A model generated the notes under the pieces. The model was not told the origin of the DNA and ran no database searches. It was given only the letters and a program-made list of their open reading frames with translations. A DNA stretch of 19,410 nucleotides. Source: Octopus sinensis (Eukaryota). This document shows, in pieces, positions 1-9,780 of the stretch. Numbering within the stretch: position 1 is the first letter of the stretch; every line of letters starts with the position of its first letter. The stretch lies in the NCBI RefSeq assembly GCF_006345805.1, contig NW_021824256.1, forward strand, positions 1-19,410, in the 5' to 3' direction. The position numbers were made by a program, and so were the translations under genes.

Positions 1-27
1 AGATGGAAACGGAAAGAAGCCCGTCGT
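1..27 (+). mobile_element. SINE family A, end of the 5' half (cut by the window edge)
   Basis: AGATGGAAACGGAAAGAAGCCCGTCGT matches the core end of other copies in the window (for example ~1109-1134 and 10058-10084). Confidence 0.75.
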
Positions 28-32
28 GACTA

Positions 33-366
33 TCTTTTACTTGTTTCAGTCATTGACTGCGGTCATGTTGGAGCTCGCTCCGCCTTAGTCGAACAAATCG
101 ACCCTAGGACTTAATCTTTGTAGCCTATTACTTTTTCTATCAGTTTCTTTTCCAGAACCGCTAGGTTACAGGGACGTAAGCACACCAACATCGGTTGTCA
201 GGGATGGTGGAGGGACACAAATAGACACACAATACACAAACATAGGACGGGCTTATTTGTTTTCCATCTATGAAATCCACTCAAAAGGCTTTGGTCGGCC
301 CTAGGCTTATAGTAGAAGACACTCAGCCAAGGTGTCTGGCAATGGGACTGAACCCGGAACCATGTG
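33..366 (-). mobile_element. tRNA-derived SINE family A, reverse copy with a slightly truncated head
   Basis: The reverse complement aligns along its length with the + copy at 974-1354: B-box-like GGTTCAGTCC, the CTTCTACTATA..GGGCCGACCAAAGCC core, an internal (TG)n, and the tail GACTGAAACAAGTAAAAGA. Confidence 0.9.
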
Positions 367-439
367 TTTCTTACTCTATACGGACACTCCTATGCCTATA
401 TATGTCTGTCTGTATGTCATCAGTGTGTGTGTGTGTCTC

Positions 440-578
440 TGTGTCCGTGTTTGTCCACCGCTTGACGACCTGTGTTGGTGTGTTTACGTTCCGGTAACTT
501 AGCGGTTCACCAATATACTCAATAATAAGTACAAGGCTTAAAAAATTAAGTACAGAGGTCAATTAGTTCGACTCAAAC
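440..578 (+). mobile_element. SINE family A, 3' half
   Basis: TTTGTCCACCGCTTGACGACC..GTGTTTACGTTCCGGTAACTTAGCGGTTC..ATAAGTAC matches ~1170-1300. Confidence 0.8.
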
Positions 579-598
579 TTCTCAAACCAGTGGCATCT

Positions 599-800
599 CT
601 ATATATAACACATATCCTTTCCAGCCATGTTCGTTAAAGGAATTGTTCGTTACACAAGTAATTGAAATACATACAATAGAAGAAATCCGTTAATTGCCAC
701 TCCCCAAAGCCACATAAAAGTATATATTATACCTTAGCGTTGATACAAAAGAAAATCATGTAAAAGGCCGATGTAGTGTGACTGCTCAGTTTGGTTTACA
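599..800 (-). pseudogene. possible class A GPCR N-terminus/TM1-TM2 fragment
   Basis: Minus frame reads ..VNQTEQSHYIGLLHDFLLYQR*GIIYTFMWLWGVAINGFLLLYVFQLLV*RTIPLTNMAGKDMCYI*. This is a hydrophobic helix with G..xN followed by L.N.A..D (TM2 LAxxD-like), with an upstream N-x-T sequon. Hand reading only. Confidence 0.3.
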
Positions 801-973
801 ACAAAAACACACCGGCTGAACAAAAAAATGTGGTGCAGAAATTGTGTATCAAAGGTGATATGAAGTGTTGATCATTGAGCGGAGGGACATAAATTATAAC
901 AGATAATGATCAAGAAAAATATTTAGCGTTAATCAAGAACATTCATTTTATAATTTATATAATAAGTGTGGGT

Positions 974-1354
974 GCAGGAGTGGCTGTTTAGTAAGTAGCG
1001 TGCTTACCAATCACATGGTTCGGGGTTCAGTCCCACTGCGTGCACACACTGGGAAATGCTTCTACTATAGCCTCGGGCTGACCTAAGCCTTTTTAGTGGA
1101 TTTGGGAGACGGAAACTGAAAGACAATCCGTCGTAAGTGTGTGGTGTGTGTGTGTGTGTGGGTGTGGTGTTTGTCCCGCCCACCATCGCTTGACAACCGG
1201 TGTTGGTGAGTTTACGTACTCCTAACTTAGCGGTTTAGCAAAAGGACACTATAGTATAAGTACTGGATTTACAAATAATAAGTCCCGGGGTCCATTTGTT
1301 CGATTAAAAAGACTCCAGCATGGCCGCAGTGAAATGTCTGAAACAAATAAAAGA
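974..1354 (+). mobile_element. tRNA-derived SINE family A, full-length
   Basis: Head GCAGGAGTGGCTGTTTAGTAAG (A-box-like), GGGTTCAGTCCCACTGC (B-box-like), conserved core, internal (TG)n and tail GAAACAAATAAAAGA. About ten related copies occur in the window. Confidence 0.9.
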
Positions 1355-1359
1355 ACTGT

Positions 1360-2640
1360 GCAGAGTGGTTACAAATATGCACAAAGTCTCTTAGAGCTGT
1401 TTCTAGAATAGCTAAGCATGTTATTGAGTAAAGAATTCCATCTGAGCAAATCATTCCGTTATTGGAGAAAGAAGAAGAAAATGCAGAAATGCATAATATC
1501 CTTAATCGAGGATATTATTCGTTACCAGTCTTTTGGGAAACCATGGAATTCTCAGATAAATGTGTTGGGTATTTTCGTGATCGAAGAGTTAGTAAAGTTT
1601 CCAGGAAAGTCCCTGGCAAAGGATAATGGAAGTTATCAGTTGCATCTTTGAATAGAAAGTGAATCAGATTTGGAAGGCCTTGGAAGAGTCTATTATTTGG
1701 CGAATGAGAAACATATGAGAGTATATAGAGATTAGTCTATATAGTGAGGGTGTGTTTGACTTAGGGTTCAAGGGATAAATGTATACGCACACATGCATAC
1801 AGACATACATATATACATATGCGCACTAACATATCACACATACATGCAGTGGCATATTCCTATAGATATTCACACGCAAGTGTGTACATCTATAAGTACA
1901 AGAATTGTAAGATTCTTCAGCAAAGATATAGGAATTTGGCATAGATATGTGCGCCACATAAGTCATAAAAAGGGGACAGATAGTCAGCAGTGAAGGCCAG
2001 ATAGCAAGAGAGTAAAATCACTGAAGGCAGAGAATCATAAGTGCTTCGGAGTATTAGAATCTGAGAGTGTCCTAACAATGGAAATAGATAAGGAGTACAT
2101 CGGAAGGGAAAAGAAGCTAATAAAGGGAAAGCTTAGTGTTCTAAATCTAGAAAAGGTTGTAAAACTTTGGGAAGTATGGTTACTTCGGTATTCAGCAGTT
2201 TTTGTTGATTGGAAAAGATCTCAATTTGCAAATCTTGACAAAATAACTAGGAAGGAATTCGATATGAATGGAGGACTTCAGCCTCGATTACGAAGAGCAA
2301 GATTTACTTAGAATAACGAAGGTGGGTGAGGTTTAATATCAGCAGAAGGTACCGTAGAGTTAGCTAGAGTTGATGTATATAATAGTGAATATAATTTATG
2401 AGTTGCAAGAGTTACAGTAGGAGACAGGAAAGGAAAAAGCCAAATGAAATTAAAACCAGAAAAAAGAAGAGAGATTATCTAACTGACAAGAGAATGTTTT
2501 TCCCTGGTAGATTGGCAAAGATAGTTGCAGGAAATAGTAATATTGAGACATGGTTTTGGTTGCTGAAAGGAAGCTGAAAAGGGAGACAAAGTTTGTAAGC
2601 AAAATCTTAATTATGTATATATGTATATATACACAAACGT
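1360..2640 (-). mobile_element. decayed L1/Tx1-type LINE ORF2 5' part (APE endonuclease and downstream linker)
   Basis: Degenerate motifs occur in APE order on the minus strand: N-RG-LKS-like (2273-2289), IYA (1938-1949), NIYRNMP resembling D.WR..HP (1850-1870), YID resembling SRID (~1740), SDH with a 1-nt insertion (1655-1668), SWKL resembling G.WKLN (1594-1606), then RILCISAFS. Many stops and frameshifts; some spacings imply deletions. Confidence 0.55.
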
Positions 2641-2928
2641 ACTCACACAATCTAAACTGTTGTTTGTATATGGAATAATAATAAATTGATATGCGGATTC
2701 ACACGTGAACAGCTTAGGGATTCAGTACCGTCTTTACCCTCTAATACCTGCATCTGCTGTGTGAGACCTCCGGCAAGTTACACAGGGTGAACTGGACGCC
2801 CCTAAACCATACAGAGAATGCTGCACTTGAGATAACCCATGTACATGAAAGTTACACATATGGAGAGTAAACCACGTAGAATATATCGCTTTCATTCTTC
2901 TGCTAGTAGCAGAATAATTCAGTCCTAG

Positions 2929-3905
2929 ATGTCATTTAATAAATTGAAGGTTCATCTTGATAGTAAGGCCGGACTAATATTTCGGAGAGATCTATGAAAA
3001 TTAACATTCACATCATGTGATGTCATACAATAATTATTGTAGATGTAGGTTTCAGGACTAATGAATGTCCATTACTTGAACATTTGCGCTATCAGCCCTA
3101 TCGTAAGCATTTGAGACAATGATATTCCATTGTCTCACACCCTATCGTCTTAACCACGGAAAGAATAGAACACACATTACGATGTAAATAAATCAACGGG
3201 ATGATCATGACCGAAACGCCTGTGGTCATAGTCTTTCCGCCAGTGAACAACTAGAATACTTTACAACCAACTGAAATATATTCTGAGAAACGAGGAAAAT
3301 TGGTTGGGTTTGCATTTTAGTAACTAGAGAGATGAGGTCGTGTCTTTGAGCAGATATCGCAATCCCAATAATCGATAAAAACAATGGCGTTTGTTTTTGA
3401 AAAGCGTCAAGTAGATAAGAATATTCTCTGGGTGTTGCCAGGACATATGAAAAATACCATTTTGGTAATATAATTGAAGTCGAGGACACATGAAATCGTG
3501 ATTAAGGACATGATTTCAGATCCTGGGACGCGTGGTGTATTGTGCGCAGAACACTTCATCTTATGTTACACAGCGACCATTTCAACACTTGACGTGTAGG
3601 AATGGTGACTAGCTGGAATATGGATTTATTTTCCGGATATTAAAGAATTTCAGCCAATCACGTACCTCAAGGGGAAACTACTGCCACTCTCGTTTAAAAA
3701 ATATAGAGAATTATTACAACAGGATATTTCATTCAGTATGCATTTCGGATAGAAGCTGGAAGGTGAGACAAAAAATTTATATGAGGCAATAGAATATTCA
3801 GATAAGTGGATAAGACTTTTAATTTCTGTAAAAAAATTTGAAACTGAAGTAATATTTGGAGTCGGCTTTATAAAGGTAAATAAATTTTTGTTACTTTTCT
3901 TTTAA
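2929..3905 (+). pseudogene. G1: degenerate intronless class A GPCR-like sequence
   Basis: ATG at 2929. Across frameshifts, segments follow 7TM order: IIIVDVGFRTNECPLL (TM1, ~3030-3080); GMIMTETPVVIVFPPVNN*NTLQPTEIYSEKRGK (TM3/ICL2); IGWVCILVTREMRSCL*ADIAIPIIDKNNGVCF (TM4/ECL2 Cys); KRQVDKNILWVL; TTATLV*KI*RIITTGYFIQYAFRI (TM6, ~3677-3752); KWIRLLISVKKFETEVIFG (TM7-like). The length of ~320 codons fits a GPCR. Canonical DRY and NPxxY motifs are not intact. Confidence 0.45.
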
Positions 3906-4135
3906 GATTTAACATTTGTATCTACACACACATGTACATATGATTTATTTTCCCCTCTTTCTCTATCATTCTATAACTATGCAACTTAATAGAATAACGT
4001 TGTTCCTGACAATCATTTGTCGGTGAGCATTTGGTTCCAAGCAACCATAACATTGTTACATGCACGTCAGAATTATTATTTAAATATTTGTTTGTCTTGT
4101 TCATCCTGTATATAGACTTATATATAAACACACAT

Positions 4136-4296
4136 GCATAGGCGTGGCTATGTGGTAAGATAGATGGTTCGCAAGCAGATAGATCCAGGTTCAGTTTCAC
4201 TGCATGGCAATTTGGGAAAGTGTCTTCTACTATAGCCTCGGGCTGACCAAAGCCGTACGAGTGGATTTGGTAGACGAAAAAACCGAAAGAAGTTCG

Positions 4297-4350
<54 letters not shown>

Positions 4351-4596
4351 ATGCATCTATGTATGAGTTTGTTTGTGTATGTGTGTGTCTGTCTTCGCGA
4401 CTATGTTTGTTACCCTTTCATAACTTACAGCAGGTTTTTACGCCCCCTCCTTAACATTGCGGTTCGGCAAAAGCGGACAATAAAATAAGTACTTGGCTTA
4501 CAAAGAATAATCCCTGATGTCAATGTATTGGGCTTAAAGGCTTATGATATTGCGCTCCAGCATGGACGCAGGCAAATGACTTCAACAAGTAAAAGA
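4136..4596 (+). mobile_element. SINE family A, full-length with an expanded internal (TA)n
   Basis: Same head, core and tail as 974-1354; (TA)n at ~4288-4348. Confidence 0.9.
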
Positions 4597-4619
4597 ATTA
4601 AAGAAAAGTATACACATTG

Positions 4620-4841
4620 ATATATGTGTGTGCTTATGTGTGTGTATATATCTAAATGCGTATGAATACATATAAAGTATTTATATACCTATATATTATA
4701 TATATATATTATATATATATATTGTGTGTGTTGTGTGTGTGTGTGTGTGTGTGTTTGTGTGTGTGTTTGGATGTTTCGCCTCGTACACTTGTGCATGTAT
4801 TCACATACATGTAGACACACGCTCACATATACATTCATATA

Positions 4842-4872
<31 letters not shown>

Positions 4873-4975
4873 CAAACGTACATACATACACACACTCATA
4901 TGCACACACACTCATACACGCACACATATTTGTGCGTGTTTGTGTATGTATATATATCCTCATGCATCTTTATAT
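4620..4975. repeat. compound (TA)n/(TG)n/(CA)n microsatellite field
   Basis: Directly visible; a paralogous field lies at ~11840-12170. Confidence 0.9.
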
Positions 4976-5059
4976 ACCATACATGATTACATATGACACC
5001 GCGTAGCAATTCTTCGGCCTAAAATCCTAGATTGCCACCTATAAAGTGGTTTCGGGTTT

Positions 5060-5178
5060 AGGTAGAATGCCAGTAGTTGTGTTTTGTGGGGAAGGTGGAC
5101 TGTCGACTAATTGGACTTCAGTACCTCTGAGAAATGAAAGGCAAATGGGAGTTCGACAGGATAGAACTCAGAACGCGA
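5060..5178 (-). mobile_element. SINE family B, degenerate remnant
   Basis: GAAATGAAAGGCAAA..GAACTCAGAACG matches the minus-strand family B copies at 9075-9431; duplicated at ~12260-12378. Confidence 0.6.
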
Positions 5179-5311
5179 ATAGATAAATCAATTTTTGTTA
5201 CTTTTCTTTTCCAAGCAACCATAACGTTGTTACACGCATGTAAAAACTATTAGTTAAACATTTGTTTGTCCTGTTCATCCTATATATAGACTTATACATA
5301 AACACACACAT

Positions 5312-5452
5312 GCATAGGCGTGGCTATGTGGTAAGAAACGCTCCGTAAGCACTTAGATCCAGGTTTAGCTTCGCTGCATGGCAACCTGGGAAAGTTTCTT
5401 CTACTATAGCCTCGGTCCGAGCAAAGACTTGTGAGTGGGTATTGTAGACGGA
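5312..5452 (+). mobile_element. SINE family A, 5' half
   Basis: GCATAGGCGTGGCTATGTGGTAAG..CTACTATAGCCTCGG..GTAGACGGA; its upstream flank repeats ~4037-4135. Confidence 0.85.
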
Positions 5453-5469
5453 CCCTAAGGAAGTCCTAG

Positions 5470-6348
5470 ATGTCATTTAATATATTGATGGTTCATCTTG
5501 ATAGAAAGGTCGAACTTATACATCGGAAGATCTATGAAAATTAACATCCACATCATGGATGTATTACAATAATGATTGTAGATGTAGGTTTCAGGACTAA
5601 TGAATGTCCATTACTTGTATATTTGCGCTATCAGCCCTATCGTAAGCATTTGAGACAATGATATTCCATTGTCTCACACCCTACCGTCTTAACAACGGAA
5701 GAACACAACACACATTGCAATATATGTAAATCGACGGGATGATCACGACGGAAACGCCTCTGATCATAGTCTTCTCGTCAGTGAACAAAAGCACATCCTT
5801 TACAACCAACTGAAATATATTCTGGGAAACGAGGGAATTCGTCGGTTTGCATTTTAGTAACTCGGGAGATGAGGTCGTGTCTTTGAGCAGATATCGCCAT
5901 CCCAATAATCGATAAAAACAATGGCGTTTGTTTTAGAAATGTGTCAAGTAGATAAGAATATCCTCTGGGTGTTGACAGGACATATGAAAAATAACATTTT
6001 GGTAATATAATAGTCGAGAATACATAACATCGTGGTTAAAGGTGCTGCTCTCGATAACAAGGTTGTGATTTCAAATCCTGCAACGGGATGTGTATTGCGC
6101 GCAGAACACTTCATCTCATGTTACACAGACACCATTTCAACACTTGTCGTGTAGGAATGGTGAATAGCTGGAAAATAGATTTATTTTCCAGATATTAAAG
6201 AATTTCAGCCAGCCATCACAAATCAAGGAAAATTACTGCCACTCTCGTTTTAAAAAAAATAGAGAATTATTTCAAACGGTATTTCATTGTGTATGCTTTT
6301 CGGATAGCAGCTGAAACGTGAGACAAAATCTTATATGATTCAATAGAA
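5470..6348 (+). pseudogene. G2: second copy of the GPCR-like sequence, 3'-truncated
   Basis: Collinear with 2921-3795. Reads MSFNILMVHLDRKVELIHRKIYEN*HPHHGCITIMIVDVGFRTNECPLLVYL, with the ATG in frame with TM1 apart from one stop. It also gives IDGMITTETPLIIVFSSVNK and YFIVYAFRI. Visibly more diverged from G1 than G3 is. Confidence 0.45.
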
Positions 6349-6427
6349 TTAGATGGCTAGAGTTGGAATGACTTTGTGCAAACTACGATCAGGGCAAACA
6401 ACAACGTCGACCACAACACCCTAAGTA

Positions 6428-6740
6428 AAACACAAAAAATCAAACAAACATATGTACCTAAGGTTGGCTTCGTTCTCAGACGACTTTGTATCACCACACC
6501 AAACTCCGTAATTTCTGCGTCAGTCTTTCTATCAGTACATGATACAACGCCATATCGTTAGCTGACGAGAGGCATCTCTTAGGAGTAACGCTCAGATCGT
6601 TTGGGGATCCATGAAACTTCAGTGGGTGTTGCTTCAGTAAAACGCCTAGTAGATAAGAGTGATTCCTGGGTTGCTGTCACACCTACATATGCCATGTACC
6701 ATGTTTAATAATATTTCTTCTATACACACCTGTGTATTAG
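6428..6740 (+). pseudogene. divergent paralog fragment of the G1-G3 family (TM2-TM5-like)
   Basis: 6620-6715 aligns by eye with 3382-3470 (shared AGTAGATAAGA, CTGGGT, CATATG, TACCAT). Peptides: KKSNKHMYLRLASFSD; LCITTPNSVISASVFLSV then *YNAI (TGA at 6540, possibly from CGA, giving a DRY-like motif); GIHETSVGVASVKRLVDKSDSWV; LIIFLLYTPVY. Confidence 0.45.
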
Positions 6741-6743
6741 TGA

Positions 6744-6910
6744 ATATATATATATATATATATATATAATATAAGTGCGTAGGTATGTATTTGTATGGCA
6801 TATATATAATTATATATATATATGTATGTATATATATATAATATATATAATATATTATATATATAAGATATATATATATATAGTATGTATATATATGTAT
6901 ATATATATAA
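6744..6910. repeat. (TA)n-rich microsatellite
   Basis: Directly visible. Confidence 0.9.
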
Positions 6911-7039
6911 GGATATTATTGCATCCAATAATATCAAGTGGCAAGCATGCGTAAAAACAATCCCATAAGGTAAAGCCTCATTAATTAATAATTAAAGGTC
7001 CTACAAGCAGCAACAGCACACTAAAAATAGCAGCACGAA

Positions 7040-7295
7040 GAGAGAGAGAGAGGAGAGAGAGAGAGAGGAAGAGAGAAATACAGGAGGAGAGAAAAAGAGA
7101 GAGAAAAAGAAAGTGTGGAACAGAGAGAGAGGGAAAGAAAATGAAAGAAATAGAGAAAGAGAGAGATAAATCGAATAATAATTAGACAGATAAACAAATA
7201 GAATCTTCTATAAATAGGTTGATAGATAGACACATACACACACACACACACACACACTTACACACACACTCATACACACACACATACATATATAA
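7040..7295. repeat. (GA)n purine tract followed by (CA)n
   Basis: Directly visible. Confidence 0.9.
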
Positions 7296-7499
7296 ATGGT
7301 AAAAAAACGCAATAGAAGACAATGAAAGATTCGGACTGATAGACGATAGAAAGGCGACAGGGACAGAACACCGATTAGAAGGACAGGCAAAAAAAGACGG
7401 CTCATTCGTGGCTTTCTTTCCTCAGTCAAGTCCCAGAAGTCACGACCATCTCGGGCAGTTACACTTGAGATGGGTCGATCTGGTTGCCCCCATAAAAGT

Positions 7500-7511
7500 C
7501 TCTCTCTCTCC

Positions 7512-7544
<33 letters not shown>

Positions 7545-7640
7545 AATATATATTATATATAGTATGTATATGTGTGGTGTGTGTGTGTGTGTATCTGTGT
7601 GTGTGTGTTTGTGTGTGTGGTGTGTTGTGTATCTGCGTGT
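7500..7640. repeat. (TC)n/(TA)n/(TG)n microsatellite
   Basis: Directly visible. Confidence 0.9.
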
Positions 7641-8049
7641 ATTCATTCGTCTTTTTTCCTCCTCTCACCAATAAGGGGTTCAACACCCGCCAACGACCTT
7701 CGCTGACCATTCCGTCTACCTCCTGCCCGAATTTTTTATGCAATAATCAACTTGCATTTGTCAAACGAGACATTTGCGTCGTTCAAAATCCGCTTCCCAA
7801 GTTTCATAGCACTTGCAAACACTTACTAAATTACGTAGCTGCACCAAGTGGGAAATTCCGTTTTAACCAGGGAAATATGTACAATTGTTCCGAGTATAAA
7901 TTATTTGATAAGCAATCCACTTGACAAACAGTAGATAAGTAGACATTTAATAATTTTTAATAGAGAAAAAGCGGAATAAGAAGAAACAGGTGACGCTGAA
8001 AGACGCCGAGGAGATCATATTATGTGAGACGAAAGAATTTAAATAAACT

Positions 8050-8053
8050 AATG

Positions 8054-8107
<54 letters not shown>

Positions 8108-8133
8108 TTAATAATAATAATAATAATAATATT
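8050..8133. repeat. (AAT)n microsatellite
   Basis: Directly visible. Confidence 0.95.
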
Positions 8134-8604
8134 ATTGATATGACTGTCCCAATCGATATAAACGTATATGTGAAGACCTACCAAAAACTGAGCAAATATA
8201 AAGATCTTGAAATAGAAATCAGCAAAATGTGGAAGCTGAAGACTAAAAACAATACCTGTTGTCATAGGTGCCCTGGGAATGATAGCGAAAGGGACTGATT
8301 GCTACCTAACTCAGATACCAGGAAACCCCAAAATGGCAGATATTCAAAAGATATTGCTCATGGGAACTGCTCATACCCTACGCAAAATACTCTCTATGTA
8401 ATCCCAAGGTTTAAACCAACCTTTTTTTTATTTATTTATTATTATTTTTTTATGTATTAGACATTCACTAGTACAACACCAAAAAAAAAACCAAAAAAAA
8501 CCAAATATATGGCTCAGAACTTCCAACCTGTTGTCTCTTGGGGTCTCTGGGTGAGACTTGGAGCCAACTTGTACAGACATAAAGCAAAAGTCAAACATAG
8601 TATA
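8134..8604 (+). mobile_element. 5'-truncated R4/Dong-type non-LTR retrotransposon 3' end (restriction-like endonuclease C-terminus plus 3' UTR)
   Basis: IDMTVPIDINVYVKTYQKLSKYKDLEIEISKMWKLKTK/TIPVVIGALGMIAKGTDCYLTQIPGNPKMADIQKILLMGTAHTLRKILSM* (one frameshift; stop at 8399-8401). This carries the K..KY..L and P.VIGALG motifs of RLE domains. Flanked on both sides by (AAT)n. Confidence 0.85.
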
Positions 8605-8655
<51 letters not shown>

Positions 8656-8688
8656 CACAATCACAATAATAATAATAACAATAATAAC
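8605..8688. repeat. (AAT)n microsatellite
   Basis: Directly visible. Confidence 0.95.
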
Positions 8689-8689
8689 A

Positions 8690-8864
8690 GTCGTTCCTAC
8701 TATAGGCACAAGGCCTGAAATCTTTTTGGGAGTGAGTTAGTCGATTACATAGCCCCTAGTACTTAACTGGTATTTAATTTATAGACATCGAAATGATGAA
8801 ATGCGAAGTTGTCCTCGGGGGTATTTGAACTCAGAAACTAACGATTCTGCCAGCTCTCAGCCTT
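8690..8864 (-). mobile_element. tRNA-derived SINE family B with an internal deletion
   Basis: Minus strand begins AAGGCTGAGAGCTGGCAGAATCGTTAG, has B-box-like GAGTTCAAATACC, and ends GCCTTGTGCCTATAGTAG followed by (ATT)n. The central CCTTTCATC..GTCGATAAA..TACCAGT segment recalls the Meta domain of MetaSINEs (from memory, unverified). Confidence 0.8.
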
Positions 8865-8874
8865 AATAATGATA

Positions 8875-8936
<62 letters not shown>

Positions 8937-9040
8937 AAATAATAATAATAATAATAATAACAACAATAACAATTATAATAACAATAATAATGAAAATAAT
9001 AATGATAATAATAGTAATAATAAAAATGATAATAATAATA

Positions 9041-9071
<31 letters not shown>

Positions 9072-9074
9072 AAT
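8865..9074. repeat. long imperfect (AAT)n microsatellite
   Basis: Directly visible, about 210 bp. Confidence 0.95.
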
Positions 9075-9472
9075 GTCTACTTGAAGCACATGGACAAGTC
9101 CATTACATCGATCCCAGTGTGTAACTGGTACTGAATTTATCGTCCCCGAAAGGATGAAAGGCAAAGTCAACCTCGGCGGAATTTGAACTCAGAACGTAGT
9201 GAAAGGCGAAATACCTATTTCTTTACTACCCACAAGGGCAAACAAGGACAGACAAACGGATTGAGTCGATTATATTAACCCCAGTGCGTAACTGGTACTT
9301 ATTTAATCGCCTCCGAAATGATGAAAGGCAAAGTCAACCTCGGCGGAATTAGAACTTAGAACGTAACCACAGACGAAATCCTGCTAAGCATTTCGCCTGA
9401 CGTGCTAACGTTTCTGCCAGCTCACCGCCTTTTGGCAGACGAAATGCTTCTAAGCGTTTCGCCCAGCGTACC
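9075..9472 (-). mobile_element. two nested SINE family B copies (inner 9216-9431; outer 9075-9215 plus 9434-9472)
   Basis: GATGAAAGGCAAAGTCAACCTCGGCGGAATT.GAAC..AGAACGTA occurs twice. The outer copy stops at GGCGAAATACC (9215) and resumes at GCAGACGAAATG..TAAGCGTTTCGCCCAGCGT (9434). Confidence 0.8.
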
Positions 9473-9644
9473 AATAATAACAACAACAACAACGACAACA
9501 ACAATAATAATAAAGTGATGATCAAATATATATTACGTGTGTTTTCATTGGCAACAGACGACCATCTCCAAATAGAAGAATTTCTGTTTTAACACCCAAT
9601 TTCAAAAATGCATGAACGAAATAATATTAAATATTAAGTAGAAA

Positions 9645-9780
9645 TATTCCGCCGAGGTTGTCTTTGCCTTTTATCCTTTCGGGGTCGATGAAATCAATAT
9701 CAGTTATGTACTGGGGTCGATGCAATCAACTTACTCCCTCTCCCGAAATTGCTGGTGTTGTGCCAAAATTTGAAATCAAT
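9645..9780 (+). mobile_element. SINE family B, 5'-truncated forward copy
   Basis: ATTCCGCCGAGGTTGTCTTTGCCTTTTATCCTTTCGGGGTCGATG..TACTGGGGTCGAT is the reverse complement of the copies at 9075-9431. Confidence 0.8.

Noticed and set aside
974-1050. tRNA gene
   Set aside because: A- and B-box-like motifs are present, but they form the head of a multi-copy SINE; there is no complete cloverleaf.
2650-2920. Unique sequence upstream of G1 as a promoter or exon
   Set aside because: No supportable frame or motif; left unannotated.
3226-3489. Minus-strand ORFs in the G copies (3226-3489, 5681-5905) as the real product
   Set aside because: They are in different frames in different copies and show no ordered family motifs. 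The + strand gives the more coherent 7TM order, although a profile search should confirm the strand.
3520-3600. THAP-like (VLCAEHF) or C2H2-linker-like (QRPFQHLTC) motifs
   Set aside because: They are isolated short matches without the remaining Cys/His ligands, and are not conserved in G2.
3870-3885. Splice donor AAG|GTAAAT ending a coding exon (also at 11079)
   Set aside because: It matches the consensus, but no upstream acceptor or open exon frame is supportable. Its conservation is explained by recent duplication.
4204-4996. YI/CV/HT-repeat ORFs here and at 6737-7924 and 11895-12184
   Set aside because: They are translations of (TA)n/(TG)n/(CA)n tracts and SINE sequence.
8020-9170. Poly-Asn/poly-Ile ORFs
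   Set aside because: They are translations of (AAT)n microsatellites.
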